From Azolla caroliniana (Eukaryota; Plantae; Polypodiophyta), in contig JBHGNT010000041.1 in NCBI GenBank assembly GCA_043228905.1, positions 124,001 to 188,000 of the forward strand: a DNA stretch of 64,000 nucleotides. The letters run 5' to 3'. Shown in pieces: positions 48,893-63,399 of the stretch. Every line of letters begins with the position of its first letter. The stretch's first letter is position 1. The notes below the pieces were generated by a model. It saw only the letters and a program-made list of their open reading frames with translations, ran no database searches and had not been told where the DNA came from. A program made the position numbers and the translations under genes.

Positions 48893-50137
48893 TGTTGTGA
48901 AGATTTTCAGCAACGGTGTGAAAATTGCATGGAATGTACAAAATCGAGTGTGGTTCTTCACACAAAATATGAAACAATAATAATGAAGATATTATTTTAT
49001 ATCTTGGTACGAAAAGATGGATGTCTTCAAGAGCTTCTTAATGCATTTTACTACATGTGAAATGGACAACTTAGTGTCAAGAAATGTGAGTGTGAAGTTT
49101 GAGAAGAAGAAGAGGAAGACAAAACTATGAGATATCCCACATAGATAGGACAAATCAGGATCCCACGGTATATAACCAGAGCCAGAACTTGTCACTTTAT
49201 GTCTATGAGTGGAGCATAGAATGTTCTTGGGCTAAATTGTGGCTTAACTCCTCATAATGGTTTTGGGTGACCAGACGGAGACGGAGCCAGAGTTCGGAAC
49301 TGGAACCGGAACGAATGGCGACGGCAACGGCGACGGAACCAGAACCGGAACGGATGGCGACGATGATGAAACCAGAACCGAAATCGGTTGGGGACGGCGA
49401 CTGGACCGGATAGACCGGATCACCATGTCGGATGCGGACCAGATGGACCAGATAGACGGATCGATCAAATAGGTGATCACGATGATTTCAGTGTGAAACG
49501 AACAAAATATCTAGACTAAAAAACCTAGTAAAGGATTGTATACAAAGGGATGCAAGCAAGGCTTGAACCTTGCACCTCCAAGATAGGAGACAATAGACTT
49601 ACCACTAAGCTAAGTCATTTCCATAAAAATGTTCTTTCTATCATTATATTTTTACATGTAATTTCTCATATTAGAGCTTGATTGAGTGACATGGTTATCA
49701 TGCATCACATGTAATGCATGAGCGCCAAATGGCAAACATGCATCACATGCATTCCATGCATTATATGCATGTCTTGTAACCTCACATGCATCATATGCAT
49801 GGGGGTGTCTATAAAAGAGTGGTTGAAAAAGACAAAAGGGGAGGAGGTATTAATCAGGCAAGCTTTGTACTTTATATCAAAATTAATATTAAGAAGAAAA
49901 TTCGTTATCCAATTGATGATATATCTTGTTCCTCAAATCTAAAGTAAAGGGTTCGATCTTAATCTCTCTCTCCATTTCAATCTTTCTCAATCTAAAGTCA
50001 AGCGTGCTATCTTATCTCAATCTCTCTCTATCTTAAATACTTTCTCGCTAAAGCTAGTGCAAACTTCGAATCCTTCTGGTTCAGAACCCCGGTGGTTCTG
50101 CCTCACGATCCGCACGTAGTGACGGATCTTCACGACA
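48893..50137 (+). mobile_element. Solo LTR (~1.25 kb) inserted in the TIR of MULE 2
   Basis: Inverted ends TGTTGTGAAGAT...ATCTTCACGACA; TATAAAA at ~49810; TSD unclear. Confidence 0.65.
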
Positions 50138-50899
50138 ACACGCGAAAAAAAAAATGTTAGAGGTTGCCCAACTCTGAGTCCTCGGTCGCCCAACCCTGTC
50201 AGAGGTCGTCAACTCTGTGTATTTGGTCCCCAAATCCAACCGTTGCAGGCTACCCAACCTTGACCGTTGCAAGTTGCCCAACCAAATGTGTCATTTCAAC
50301 CAAAATCTTCAAATAAGCTTGATCTTGAAACTTAAAACTTGCAATAACATATCAGACAGTCACAAAATCAACATTAAAATTTCCAAAATCGACGAACTTC
50401 ACCGTACTTAACATAAGACAAATAATCATCTTAAAGCATACAACTTTAAAACAGAAATAAACTTATAACATACTTGAAACATAAAATTTAAAACAAAAAT
50501 CAACTTATAACATACTCGAAACATAAAACTTAAAACAAAAATCAACTTACAACATACTTGAAACATAAAACTTAAAACAAATATCAACTTATAACATACT
50601 TGAAACATAAAACTTAAAACAGAAATCAACTTATAACATACTTGAAACATAACACTTAAAACAGAAATCAACTTATAACATATGACATACTTGAAACATA
50701 AATCAACATATGACATCCTTTTAACATAAATCCACTTTAAACATCGTAAACTAAATTGCAAAACCACTCAAGCTATGTTTATGGCTCATCCGGACATGAT
50801 GGCAAGATGCGGCCACAATTGTTGTAACAATCAGAATTTGAGTCCCTTGATCTACGGATCAAGGCATCGTTACAATGCAAGCATCGAATCTATCGCACA

Positions 50900-53700
50900 T
50901 ATTGGCAACTACCTCCTAGCTTGACTTGCACCTCTTTGCATTTTTTCGGTGTGTGCCTTGGAAGTGTTTGGGGAGCTGCCAATAAGATCTTGCGAAATGT
51001 TGACTGATGCTTCTCTCTTCGCATCAATTGTTTACTTCCGCATTATGGATCCACCATCTTCTTCATTGGTTGGTTCCGGTGCACCAACGTGATACCCCAC
51101 TGTTTGTCTCATTTCTTTGCAAGACGCCATACATGTCAAAACTTTCACATGGTCGATGGATCGTAACCCTTGCCTAAGACATTGAATAGTTGCCTCAATC
51201 ATTGGTAATTCTGACTCCCATTCCTCCATATCTGATGCACGCCGATTTGCCTCCTCGACTGGTTCTACCTTTGTCTCCACTTCGGTTTTTGTGAAATAGT
51301 CATTGCACATATGGGCTACATGATCTATAATAGGCAACGACCCACATAGATGTGGCATGTGCCTCTCAACAATCATCCAAATGCCAAGTATATGCTTACA
51401 TTTACTCGCAGGGTCTTGGCAATCACAATATGAGCACTGGAGCGATACATTATACCATAGAGTGGATTTAGTCAAGCTCAATATTTTTAACCAATATCGG
51501 GGCTCGTCCACAATATGCACCATCACATCATTAGTTTCAAACCTCTCTAGTATCCTGTTTGCCTCTTTAAGTCTTGTTGTTTGATCCCTACAATTAGCAT
51601 GGGGTGCAAATCTACCACTCTCACATATGTCGTTGCTTGTACCATTCAATAACAGTGCCTCAGACGCAAGTGCTAGTTTGATTGTCCTTGATTAAAATAT
51701 GCGCAAGATCGGTAATTGATCGGTTTATTCTCCCTCTCAAGGCTGTATATTTGATAAACTACCAATGTCTCTCCACAATATTGGTAGTGTCAACATGTCT
51801 GTAGTTGAACATTCTACCAAACTTGGGCCACAGTTTCCTCCACACACATGTCAAGCCACACCATCCTCCTTCTATATATTGCCAAACACCTGGCTTGTTT
51901 GCATATTCTACCTTTAACTTCTCACATTGGGCACTGAATGTGGATTCCGTAATGCATTGCATGAGTTGGCACATCTGATTATAAAGGTGGGCTCTCTCAA
52001 TTGCACTTACCTTTGGCAACAAGTTGTCCACCCATGTTTTTTTTGTCGTGGAACTGACACAACAAAAGTCGACAATGTGTTTGCGACTTTTGCCTATTTG
52101 CAACAATCCAAGATAATCGGTCTGTTGCAACCACATTACTTATGGCATTATACGATGTCCAACTTTTATCAATGACTATTACATTTGGCCTCACATCGGG
52201 CATCCGTGCGAATATGACTCTCAAGCAAGTTTGACCCCTTATCAGAACTACATGTCATGTACCATAATGGGATATCAATTCCCATGGTGTTTGGGGCCAC
52301 AACTGCATATAATGGCAACCCAAATTGATTTGTTTTAAACGTGGAGTCGATTGCCCAAGAGTTGTTTATTGACAGTCGTTCACACATCTCTAACATCCAT
52401 TCATCTTGAAGCACCAAGATGAACGGTTGCTTTGCGTGAGCTCCATATTCACTAGGCAAGTAAGGTTGGACATGAGCCACCTTCCCAAGATCTCGGAGTG
52501 TATAGGCATCTTGCATCATCAAAGACCAATCAACCTCTGACATGGCACTCCCAATTTTTAACTTGTTGGCCATGTTATGGACCTCCATTGATATCATAAA
52601 GAACCTATAACTCACAAGGTCTAATGGACTAGCCTTGGACTTATGATACGCTTCCTTATGCATGCTCATTCGTGCCACATGTCGTGCACATCCAACATAA
52701 AAAAGGTCATCTTTGTAACAACTTATAACATTACGGTGTGTTGGCAAATATTACACGTCTGGTCTACTTCTCGGTACATGAACTGTATGAGGTCCATATA
52801 TTGAAAGGTTCATGGTCAACCCCGACATTCCTTCAAGTGGCCACATGGAACGTACACCCACTTAAGGATGAAGGCTTTCTATGTTGACCGCACAGATATT
52901 GCCGTATGGGCACACTAGCTCGGTGACAAACATACCTAGTCACACGTGCACCCCTTGCGACCCCTGTACGGAAGTGTGTGTGATTACCTCTTTTGAACAT
53001 CTGTGAGCATATCATCTACCTTATGGGCCTTTATCTCGATCACTTCTATGGGTCTAGACTTTTTATATTTCACGACACTTGTCCCCTCCATGTCAGATGG
53101 AGTTAACCTCGACACAACTTGACAACCACATCGGTCAACCAGTGCTTTCACATACATAGTAGGGATCCCATGGTCATGAAGGTCATCGGACCAAAGTTTC
53201 TTTAACTCTTTCAGAGTACCTGTCAATGGCCAATGAGATGCACCATAATGTGACACCAATACCACCTCCCTCCAATTCTCTACGTAAGTAACCTAAAGAT
53301 TGGGAGATGCCTTAAGGTATATTGCATTCTCATTTCTAATCATGAGACAACTCTTCATGTGCCTCCATGCATGTAGATTGAGAGGTGCACCCCTTGCGAC
53401 TGCGCTTAATGCTTCAAACGTTACCTTAACTTGACCCGATAAATCTTTAAGCATTAAATCGTACACACCTCTCGTGAACGCAAAATACTTGGCCGAAAAG
53501 TACATGAAGGGATCAACCTCCTCCTCCTTTGGTTCGTATGAAGACGACTCATAGTCTTCGTCAGATGTAGGCGATGCTAACACTTTGTCGGATGAAGACG
53601 AATCCAACTCTTCGTTGATAGTTGCATAACCATCCTCATAATCATACAATGAGGTTATCAAATCATGGTCATTTGGATTCATCTCGATCACTTCTAAATC
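50900..53700 (-). pseudogene. MULE transposase with SWIM zinc finger, fragmented
   Basis: WAIDSTFKTNQFGLPLY, VIVIDK, LLLCQFH, TTNIVERHW, YNVSL..CDCQD...CKHI. Confidence 0.8.
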
Positions 53701-54305
53701 TTTTAGTGATTAATCCAATAACAAAACGTGACTAATTGAAATTTTAAGACTGAGATGTAGTTAACTAGAGTATGAATAAGACGTGCCTCTGTGACAACAT
53801 GAATCAGGTGTGCCTCTGTAATTAATTGCAGGATGAATCAGCTCTGATTAAAATGAGGGTTTAGGGATTGATTAAGGTGACTTAAATTGTGATTAATTTG
53901 TATGTTAATATGACCGTTTTTTTATCAAGTTGGCCGACCCATTAATAGGTTCGATGACAATATTAAAACAGGTTGGGCAACCTGGTTTACGATATCGAGC
54001 TGTTTTTAAAGAGGTTGGACGACCTGGTTTATGAGTAGAGATGTTTTTTATGAGGGTTGGGCGACCTGATTAATATAGGTTGGGTGGCTTGATTAATAGG
54101 TTGGGGGACTTGCTTTATAAGAATAGTTGTTAGATAAGAGGGTTGGGCGACTTTATTAATGTAGGTTGGGTGGCCTAATTAATAAATAGGTTGGGTGACC
54201 ATATTAAAACTGGTTGGGAAACCCGGTTTATGAGAAGATGTTTTTTAAGAGGGTTGGGCGATCTGATTAATATAGGTTGGGTGACTTGATTAATAGGTAG
54301 GGTGG

Positions 54306-57300
54306 TATTAGAGATCATGGTACTAAAGTAAGCTTAAGATAAGGATAAACTAATGATAGATAGAAAGGAGAAAGAGAAAGAAGGGTGCCGATCCACCCGA
54401 CCACCCCCGAGTGAAGGGATCGAGACGGACTCGAGCCTCGATCGGCGTCCCATACCACCACCGTGGCATCGAGTCGTACCTGGTGCTGGCGTGCTTGCTA
54501 CAAGAGTTGACCCACCACAAGAGCAGAGTCTCGATGTAGTCAAAAGATGATCCAATGAGGGTAGTTAGGCCTCTTATTTATAGCGATACCCAAGGCCCCT
54601 AGGCAAGTTCACACTTGACCTAATGGGTTGTCTCAATCCCGAGGATTAAAAGTAATCCTCCCCTTCTTTACACTCTCGTTTAACCCTCACACTTATCCAC
54701 GTGTATAGAATACTACGGTAATTCTCACCACGGGATATTAAATGGCCATGCCCGTAACATACTCCCCTTCTTTAAAACATTGCACTCTTGCAATGGAAAG
54801 TTAGGGAAATTTGTTCTTAGAGTATTCTCGCGTTCCCATGTGGCATCTTTGATAGATTTGTCCATCCATTTAATTTTAAATTCTCGGATTTCTTTAGTAC
54901 GTAACTTTTTTGTTTTAATATCGAGAATTCTTTTTGGTACATGTGGTTTCAAAGATAAATCTTCAGAAGTAACCAGAGTTTCAGTTGTAACTGTGTTGTC
55001 GCCAGAACCTAGAAGTTCTTTTAGACGACTCACATGGAAGACTGGATGAATTCCAACACCATCGGGAAGAGCGAGATGATAGGCTAATGACCCAATGCGT
55101 TTGAGGACTGTAAAAGGTCCACAAAACCGTGGGGCTAACTTAGCGCACTTACCCGTAGAAAATGTCTTAGAATTGTGAGATACACGTAAAAATACCTTCT
55201 GTCCAGGGTTGAATACACGAGGTTGCCTATGATGGTCATCATAAAAACGCGCTCTATCTTGAGCTGTTTTTATATTATCTCGTGCAATATGCAACATATC
55301 TTGTATATCCCGAAGAAAGTTTTGCGTACTTCGCAACTCATCATGATGTATATTAACATCAATCGGGGCTCGTGGCTGAAAACCATACATCAACATAAAA
55401 GGACTATATCCCGTCGACGTATGCTTGGAGCTATTATAAGCAAACTCCAAAATTGGGAGATAACGTTCCCATTTTGTTGGTTTTGCACCAACGTATGCTC
55501 GAAGCATGTCCTCAATAATTTGATTTACTCGTTCTGTCTGTCCATTGGATTGAGGATGATCCGTGGAGCTCATGCTCAACGTAGTTTCTAACTTCTTAAA
55601 GACTTGCGTCCAAAATTCACTAGCAAACTTTGGATCTCGATCACTCACGATATCCATCGGTAACCCATAAAAACGAAACAATTCGTCAACGAATTGGTAA
55701 GCCAATTCAGGAGCTATTACCGTGGTTTTAGTAGCAATAAATTTGGCCATTTTAGTTAGTCGATCAATGACAACCCAGATGGCATCATGACCTTTTTGGG
55801 TGCGAGGAAGGCTAACAATAAAATCCATGGATATACTTTCCCACTTATTATTGGGAATGTCCAAGGGATGTAAAAGTCCTGCGGCTTTAAGTCGCTCGGG
55901 TTTGTTAACCTGACACTGGTGACATTTAGTCACATAGCTATGTATGTCAGGACGCATCTTAGGCCAATAAAAATGAGTGGAGATGAGAACGAGTGTATGA
56001 TGTATTCCAGGGTGCCCTGCTGAGGGTGCACCATGGCATTAAAGAAGAATCCTCTTTTTGACCTCGGGTAAATCTGGAACACAAACCTTCCCATTACGAT
56101 AGAGCAAACCGTTAGCAATGTGGAAGTATTCCTTCGAGGATGTGGTGGTGTATGTTCCAGACTCAACTCTTGCCCAGTATTTTGCAAAATAACTTTCATC
56201 GGGATACTTTCCTCAAAGGTGATCATAAAGATCTTATGTTATTTCAGTGAAGCTAAGCATGTTAACTTCACAGATGCGTCTTAGTGCATTAGCGACAGTG
56301 TTCATGGAACCTTCACGATATCGTATGGAAAAATCAAAGTCCTGGATGAGATCAGCCCATTGTGCCTTACGACCTTTCAAGTCTTGTTGGTCACAAAAAT
56401 ATTTCAAGGACTCGTGGTCTGTAGTTACCACAAAGCGATTTCCATAAAGATAATGGCGCAATGTTTTGAGCGCATGTATAACTGCAAATAATTCCTTTTC
56501 TTGAACGGTATACCGACATTGAGCAGAATCAAGTTTCTTACTCTCGAATGCTATTGGTTTACCATCTTGATACAAGAAAACACCTATAGCATAATTGCTT
56601 GCATCGGTTTCAACCTCAAAAGGTTTTGAAGGATCAGATAAAAGAAGTGAAAGAGCCTTGCAAACCAAGTCCTTGAGTTCCTTAAAGGCGAGGTCTAGTG
56701 TAGCATTCCACACAATAGGTTTTGTAGACTTACGCCTTTGACCTTTTAAAATATCAGTAAACGGCGTCGTCAATTGGGAGTAATTACGAAGAGACTTTCG
56801 CAAAAACCCAACAAAACCAAGGAATGATCGAACTTCTCGAATATTCCGAAGAGTGGGCCAAAGCTTGATTTTCTCAATGTGAGAAGGATCAATTTCAACT
56901 CCTTGTTCGGTTATGAGATGTCCTAGATAAGTAATTGATTTCTTGAAGAACTCACATTTTGAGATCTTCGCATAAAACTGTTTGTCACGCAATGTTTGTA
57001 AAATGAAGCGGACATGTTTAGCATGTTCTTGTAATGTACGGCTATAAACTAAAATATCATCCAAGAAAATAATGACAAATTTTCCAAGTTGTTCTCGGAA
57101 AATGTCATTCATTTCTTGTTGAAAAGTAGTTGGAGCATTGGTCAAACCAAAAGGCATAACCAAAAACTCGTAATGGCCATAGCACGTACGAAATGCCGTT
57201 TTAGGAACATCGTCCTCACTTATTCGTATTTGATGGTAGCCAGTACGGAGATCAAGTTTTGTAAAATACTGAGCTCCTTGGAGACAGTCAATTAGATCGT

Positions 57301-60300
57301 CAGCCCGGGGCAATGGATACGGATTCTTGATCGTCACTTTATTCAAGCGTCGGTAATTAATACACATACGCCATGTGCACTCTTTCTTTTTTACCAAGAG
57401 AACTGGTGCACCCCATGGAGATTTACTATAACGTATGTAACCCATTAGTAAATAGTCCTTGAGTTGCTTAGATACCTCATCCTCTTCGGATCGACTTAAG
57501 CGATAAGGAGGTATACTTATTGGTGCAACACCAGGTACAATATCTATACGATGGTCTATATTACGTTTAGGAGGTAAGCCATCTGGTAGTTCACTCGGAA
57601 AAACATCACAAAAATCATTTAAGATTTCATCAAGTTGTTGTTGTTCAAAATATGTTCATTGAACTGAGACATTATCGATATTGTAAACGTGAATGTCCGG
57701 ATCAAGTACACAATAAAATAGAGTAGAACAAGACAACTCGGATATTGATGGACACGAGGAAACAATCGAGAGGGATTGTTTTTTTACACATTGAATAAAA
57801 TGAGTACAATCGTTCGGTACAAATGTAATTGAATGATGAACCAAATCAATAGATAAAGAAGAGTTTTTATTATAAAACCAGGGATAACCCAGTATTACAT
57901 CGGTGGTACAAAGATTCATTACATGGAAGTCTACTTCCTCTATATAAGTATCAATAGATATTCCTAATGAATGAATTGCCTCGTTGATGTATTGTACTCT
58001 TCTATCAGCCAAGTGCACCGTGTAGGTGTGATCACTTACGGTGGGTTGGATTCCCCATATCTGAACCAAACGATCATTCACAAAATTGTGTGAGCTTCCC
58101 GAATCAAATAAAAATTGTACGGGAGATCCATTGATATACCCGTTTGCACGTAGTAAATAATTGGGACCCAATACATAGTGAGGGAAAAAACATTGAGAAT
58201 TACTTAAATGATGTGTATAGACTTGAAGGACATTAGGAATCTGACTTTTATGGTCTGCAGCTTTAGCTTTGTTGTCGTGCTCTTTCCGTTGGAGCTTTCG
58301 ACATTGATCTTTTGTATGACCCTTCTTTTTGCAGAATACGCAAAAAGGATGTTGTCGCTTACAATCGCGATCCATGAATTCATTGGGTGTCTTGCGTTTC
58401 CCAACGAATTGCGACTGCTTAGTCCCAGGCGCTTCGTTGGGTTTGTTGTGGTCCTTCTTCGAAGTGCGTTGATAGCGAAGAACTATTTCAACGGCATCTT
58501 CGAAGGATTTTGGATCCTTATCGTGCACTATCCAGTGATAGTCCGAATTGGGGATGCCATTGACAAAACAAGCTATCAACCAATTGTCCCCTTCTAGACC
58601 CGATTTTTGGATTTGGGTTGTAGCATGGTGAACATAGTCTTCTAGCGAGGAAAATTTCTTACTAAAAAGGTTCATTAAAGCTTGTGTTGCCTCGGTTCGA
58701 GAGGGAGGTTGCAGAAATTGGCCCTTAAAAACCGTGACAAAATCTGTCCAGGTATTGGGCAATTTCCCCATAGTACGGAGCCCACGCCACCAGGCGGCGG
58801 CCTTACCCCCGAGTTCTCAACCGACATATGCAATCTTCGTACTATCTGGTGTGGGATAGAGCTCAAAATGAGACTCCCATCGTCCCAGTCATGTGCAAAT
58901 TGCTTCTTCGGTTCTTTCCTTTTTGTCTCCCGTAAATGGCTTAACGACAAATGATGGTTCACCTTGTCACTCATCAGGTCTATTAGTCTCACGTTGTAGA
59001 CTAATGACACGTGCCTCAAGAGCACTCTGAGATTGCCGAAGTTCGGTCATCTGTTCAGCGGTGAAACTAAGGTATTGGGTTATTTGTGCCAAATACATCT
59101 CAGTGGACATTTGTCCAGGAGGATTCCCTTGAGTTCCTTCTGCTTGAGCGGATGACATCGGGTCGTTAATTTGAGCCATTAAAGATTATTTCTGGAAAAG
59201 AAATAGGATAAGGTCAGAGAGATAGTCATAACATCATGTCGTGATGTAAACATATCATGGGCAAACATTAATCGATATCATGATCTCACGTCAATACCCC
59301 TCTAGACGTATGAGATGAGGTTCAAGATCAGGTTACTATGGTAACACAAAGGTGTTTTAAAAACCATGGAGGTGACAATTTAATGTCTTTCCCTGATCTC
59401 TATATCGATTTTTTCATGGTGGCTCCCTGAGGCTCAACCATGTATGTTCGCGTCATGAGTAGTTTATACACGAAAAAAATGTTAACAATAAACTATGTTT
59501 CTTTGCCCACATATGTGGTTTCGGCTCTTTAAGTCCTATTACGAGGACCCCGAGGTGCACTTAGACCTTAAGTCTAAACATGTGTTATAGTCATATGTAT
59601 CAAGGATGTTGTATGGTCTTGGTCATATTTGAACTCGAGACCTCGAGAACAAATACATTAAACACTTGAGCCAACCAAGTAAGTTGCTCTTCTCGAATGC
59701 TTAATGTTTGATGCGTATAAGAGATATGCGAGGCATTTGATCATATATGTTTTTTTTAAAAGAACATATATGTCAAGGGTCCTTATTTCGCCCTCATTTA
59801 CCAAAACTATGTTGGTACGTTACCTAACCTCAACTATCGTAATTACGATGGCATACGCCAAAGTGCAACCTAATGGTCAAGCCAAATGAGCCCTCGTTTC
59901 ATAGTAGGCCCACGTGGCCCATCACATGGTCACGTCATTACGAATGCCTCTCGTAAGAACGAGCTCATGGTGGCATCGTATCCATGTAACGAGGGAGGGA
60001 TGTTGGATACGTAGGTCATTGGAGCGACCTCACTTGAAGTGGGTCAAGCCCTACGTACTCAAAATCATTATGGCTATAGGCGTTTCTTTACGTAACGAAA
60101 TCGAGGTCATCAACGGGGTTGTCAACAATCAAAAATTGTTGAAAAAGGGATGGTGACAACGCCATTCTCACAAAAATGTGAGGACGGCCACCAACATCCT
60201 TTTCCCGACAAGGACAACTTTCGATATAATCACGTAATAACGAATATACACATATGTTTACTTATCACATATATACGATCAAACACATATATACGTGACC

Positions 60301-61129
60301 ACATATGCCTATATTAAACATATCGTTAAAATTAAATAGCCAAAAATGATGTGATCGAGATACGTAATCAAGGTATATAAACCTCTACGCACACGAAACA
60401 TCCACAAATAAGAGATCATCATAATACACAATTGAGGTATTGACCTCTTACGCATACGAGACCAAACGCATATCCTTTACAACAAATCAAGGTATTAAAC
60501 TCATACGCAAACGTAACATATGTTCGTGAACGTAATATGTAATTGAGGTATTAACCTCGTACGCATACGACACTCATCACATATTATTTATATGTCAAAC
60601 GAGGTATTGACCTCGTGCACATATGTAAACGTTTTAAATAATCAATTAAAGACCACTACAACATCATTGACTTAATGAAAAAAAATGACATATAAACTAA
60701 ACACATGATTAGATGGGAGAAGAGAGAATAGAAAAAAAAAATTTATTACGGAAAGAGTTACCGAAGTTCTTCGTTGATCGTTGTCTGGATCAAGGCCGAC
60801 CGCACATCGATCGATCACCATCAATCAAAAGACAAAAGACAAACAAAGAAACATTAGTACATAGCTCTGATACCAAATATTAGAGATCATGGTACTAAAG
60901 TAAGCTTAAGATAAGGATAAACTAATGATAGATAGAAAGGAGAAAGAGAAAGAAGGGTGCCGATCCACCCGACCACCCCCGAGCGAAGGGATCGAGACGG
61001 ACTCGAGCCTCGATCGGCATCCCATACCACCACCGTGGCGTCGAGTCGTACCTGGTGCTGGCGCGCTCGCTACAAGAGTTGACCCACCACAAGAGCAGAG
61101 TCTCGATGTAGTCGGTCATGCCCGTAACA
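54306..61129 (-). mobile_element. Chromoviral Ty3/Gypsy element
   Basis: TSD GGTGG (54301-54305, 61130-61134); LTRs 54306-54759 and 60878-61129; PBS-Met 60864-60875; ~1.7-kb 5' leader. Confidence 0.92.
54725..59179 (-). pseudogene. Gypsy gag-pol (Gag CCHC, PR, RT, RH, IN, chromodomain), disrupted
   Basis: CVFCKKKGHTKDQC, DSGSSHNF, FLDD, ETDAS, SDRDPKF, GPF, ILD..FKIKW....DATWE; several stops and frameshifts. Confidence 0.9.
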
Positions 61130-61719
61130 GGTGGCCTAATTAACAAGTTGGGTGGGATTAATAGGTTGGGTGACCTGATTAATATAGGTTGGGTGGCCTG
61201 ATTAACTTGTTTATGAGAAGAGATGTTAGATAAGAAGGTTGGGCGACCTGATTAATAGTGGTTGGGTGGCCTAATTAATAGGTTGGGTGATCAATGTCAA
61301 AAATAGCAGACACAAATGAAACAACATATCTTTAAAAACAACAAACATAAATCACAATATGAGTGAGAAAACATCATATCTTTGAATAAAAAACAATGAA
61401 ACACCAGATCAATGAAACAATCACTTTATGAGTATGAAACAATAGATCAACTTATAATAGACAGACACTTTACATAAACAACTTTTCCATTAATAAGTAT
61501 TTTCAATATACAATGAGTTGAAACTCACTATGTAAAGAGTGGACCATAATTACAACATCCGTCAATAACAAAATATAATACCACATTTACAACATCCGCT
61601 CGTAGACAATATATTTACAATTATATGACGATATTTACAATATCCGTCGTAGACAAAATATCTATGGCCATGACAAAATTTGGGTAGCCATGACAAAATT
61701 TACATTATGGGGCCACTAG

Positions 61720-62400
61720 TTGCAGCTGGAAATCCCTGTACCCTTCGTGCCCACTCATCCACATGAATCCGAAGTGAATCCACTTCGCGTTTGGTGAACC
61801 ACATCGATGTGCCCTGTCACCAAATATGTATAAGAACACAACTATACAAAATCCACATAATACATCCATTTGCAACTACACTTACAAAAGTCGGAGATAT
61901 CCATCCTCGTAAGAACTCCTCGCCAACATCTGTATAGTCTTCATCACGTAAAAGCCACAATCCCAACCACTTGGCTGAGTTTGGATATGCAATACATGAT
62001 GTCGACCCTCAGGGACAATGGTGTGGCTTGATGGTTCATTAGAAATTGTCCGAATTGCGATCTCCACAAGACTCCGCAAGTTGCTAGTCCTCGCGTCGTT
62101 TAGTGAATCGCAGAAGACTACTTTGCTTGTCAACTTAGAAACTTTGTGTTGCATCTTTGTCCACAAAACCTAATGAACCTGAACCATGATTGGAATGAAG
62201 ATGAAATCATGGTCATCCACCTTCCCAAGGATGTTTTGCCCCTTCGTCGTTTGGTTGTGTAGCTGCAACCATAGTGGGTCGACTATGGTGAATCGTTCTG
62301 TCACATCAGGTGGCAATGAGTACTCCATAAACGTGGTGAATAATATCATCATCATGTTGATGCCTTTTCTCCATCCTTGCCCATGGTCTCAAGTTCTGAC
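61720..62400 (-). pseudogene. Ulp1-like cysteine protease (C48) of MULE 2
   Basis: FIFIPI...H*(W), FCDSL, QPSGWDCGFYV give the His/Asp/Gln/Cys catalytic set. The Trp after His is now TAG. Intron near 61820-61885. Confidence 0.75.
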
Positions 62401-63399
62401 TTTGTAATGTCAACTGCCATATCGAGTCATCTACAGGTCAGCTGGTACATATATGTATAGAAACATGCATGTATCATGAATTAAAACAAACTTAATGTTG
62501 GTTAGTAGGATAACAATTGACAAACACAAATAAATGACCTAGAAAAATGTTTGTCTGATGTTTGCGTAGACACATCGGATAGGTTTAGAGCCTCACCTAC
62601 ATCAGTGGACACACCACCCTCTTCGGTGGATATCCCTGCCTTTTTACGTTGTTGTGCCTTTTAGCGTCAGATCGTTTGCGTGAGTCGGGTGGGAACCGCT
62701 GGGGTTTTGGACTAGGAAGAGGAAGAATTTGAGACGATTTTAATTATAAATAGATTATTATAAACTTGCGAATCCCACAAGTATAATATATTTTATTAAT
62801 CAGTATTTAGATAAGAATATGTATTTAGATTGAAAGAAAGATATAAGAAACTTGTGAATCCCACAAGTATAGATTATATTGTTTTCGTGAATCCCACGAT
62901 TATATTAATTGGTTGGTGTTTTTGGAAATATATCCAATTTCCAAGTATTTCACACCCCTTTTACATTGTGCTCCCCATCCTTATGTAGTGATGAGGGAGT
63001 CTTAATAATCCATGCTTTTTTTTCCTAACTATAGGCTCCATGCTTTTCTTATAGATAGACTATATGCTTTATCTAAAGTGATCATGCTTTTTCTAACTTG
63101 TGCGTTTTTATCGACTATAGCGTTCATGCACGCTAGATGTGCATGCGTAGCTTTTTCTTTTAGCATGCGTTTTTCTTTTAACTAAAGTTTATCCTACGTG
63201 AACTTAGCTTTCTATGTGGGACATCTACTTTTTAACACTAATGAAATGCTAGTGTAATGGTAAGGTTTCACATTATTAAAATGGAGGTGCAAGGTTTGAA
63301 TCTTGCCCTATGCATGTTATATATATTTTAATATTTTCTACTATTTATTCATATTTATTAAATCGGTACTTTATAAGTTTTTCACATAGTGTACGAAAT

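Noticed and set aside
49244-49480. Gly/Thr/Asp-rich small ORF
   Set aside because: Low-complexity repeat within a solo LTR, with no ATG or recognisable domain.
48888-50143. TSD-less insertion suggesting a tyrosine-recombinase element
   Set aside because: The ends match the LTR terminus at 1541, and AATGT versus ACACG/CACGC can be a decayed TSD, so a solo LTR is simpler.
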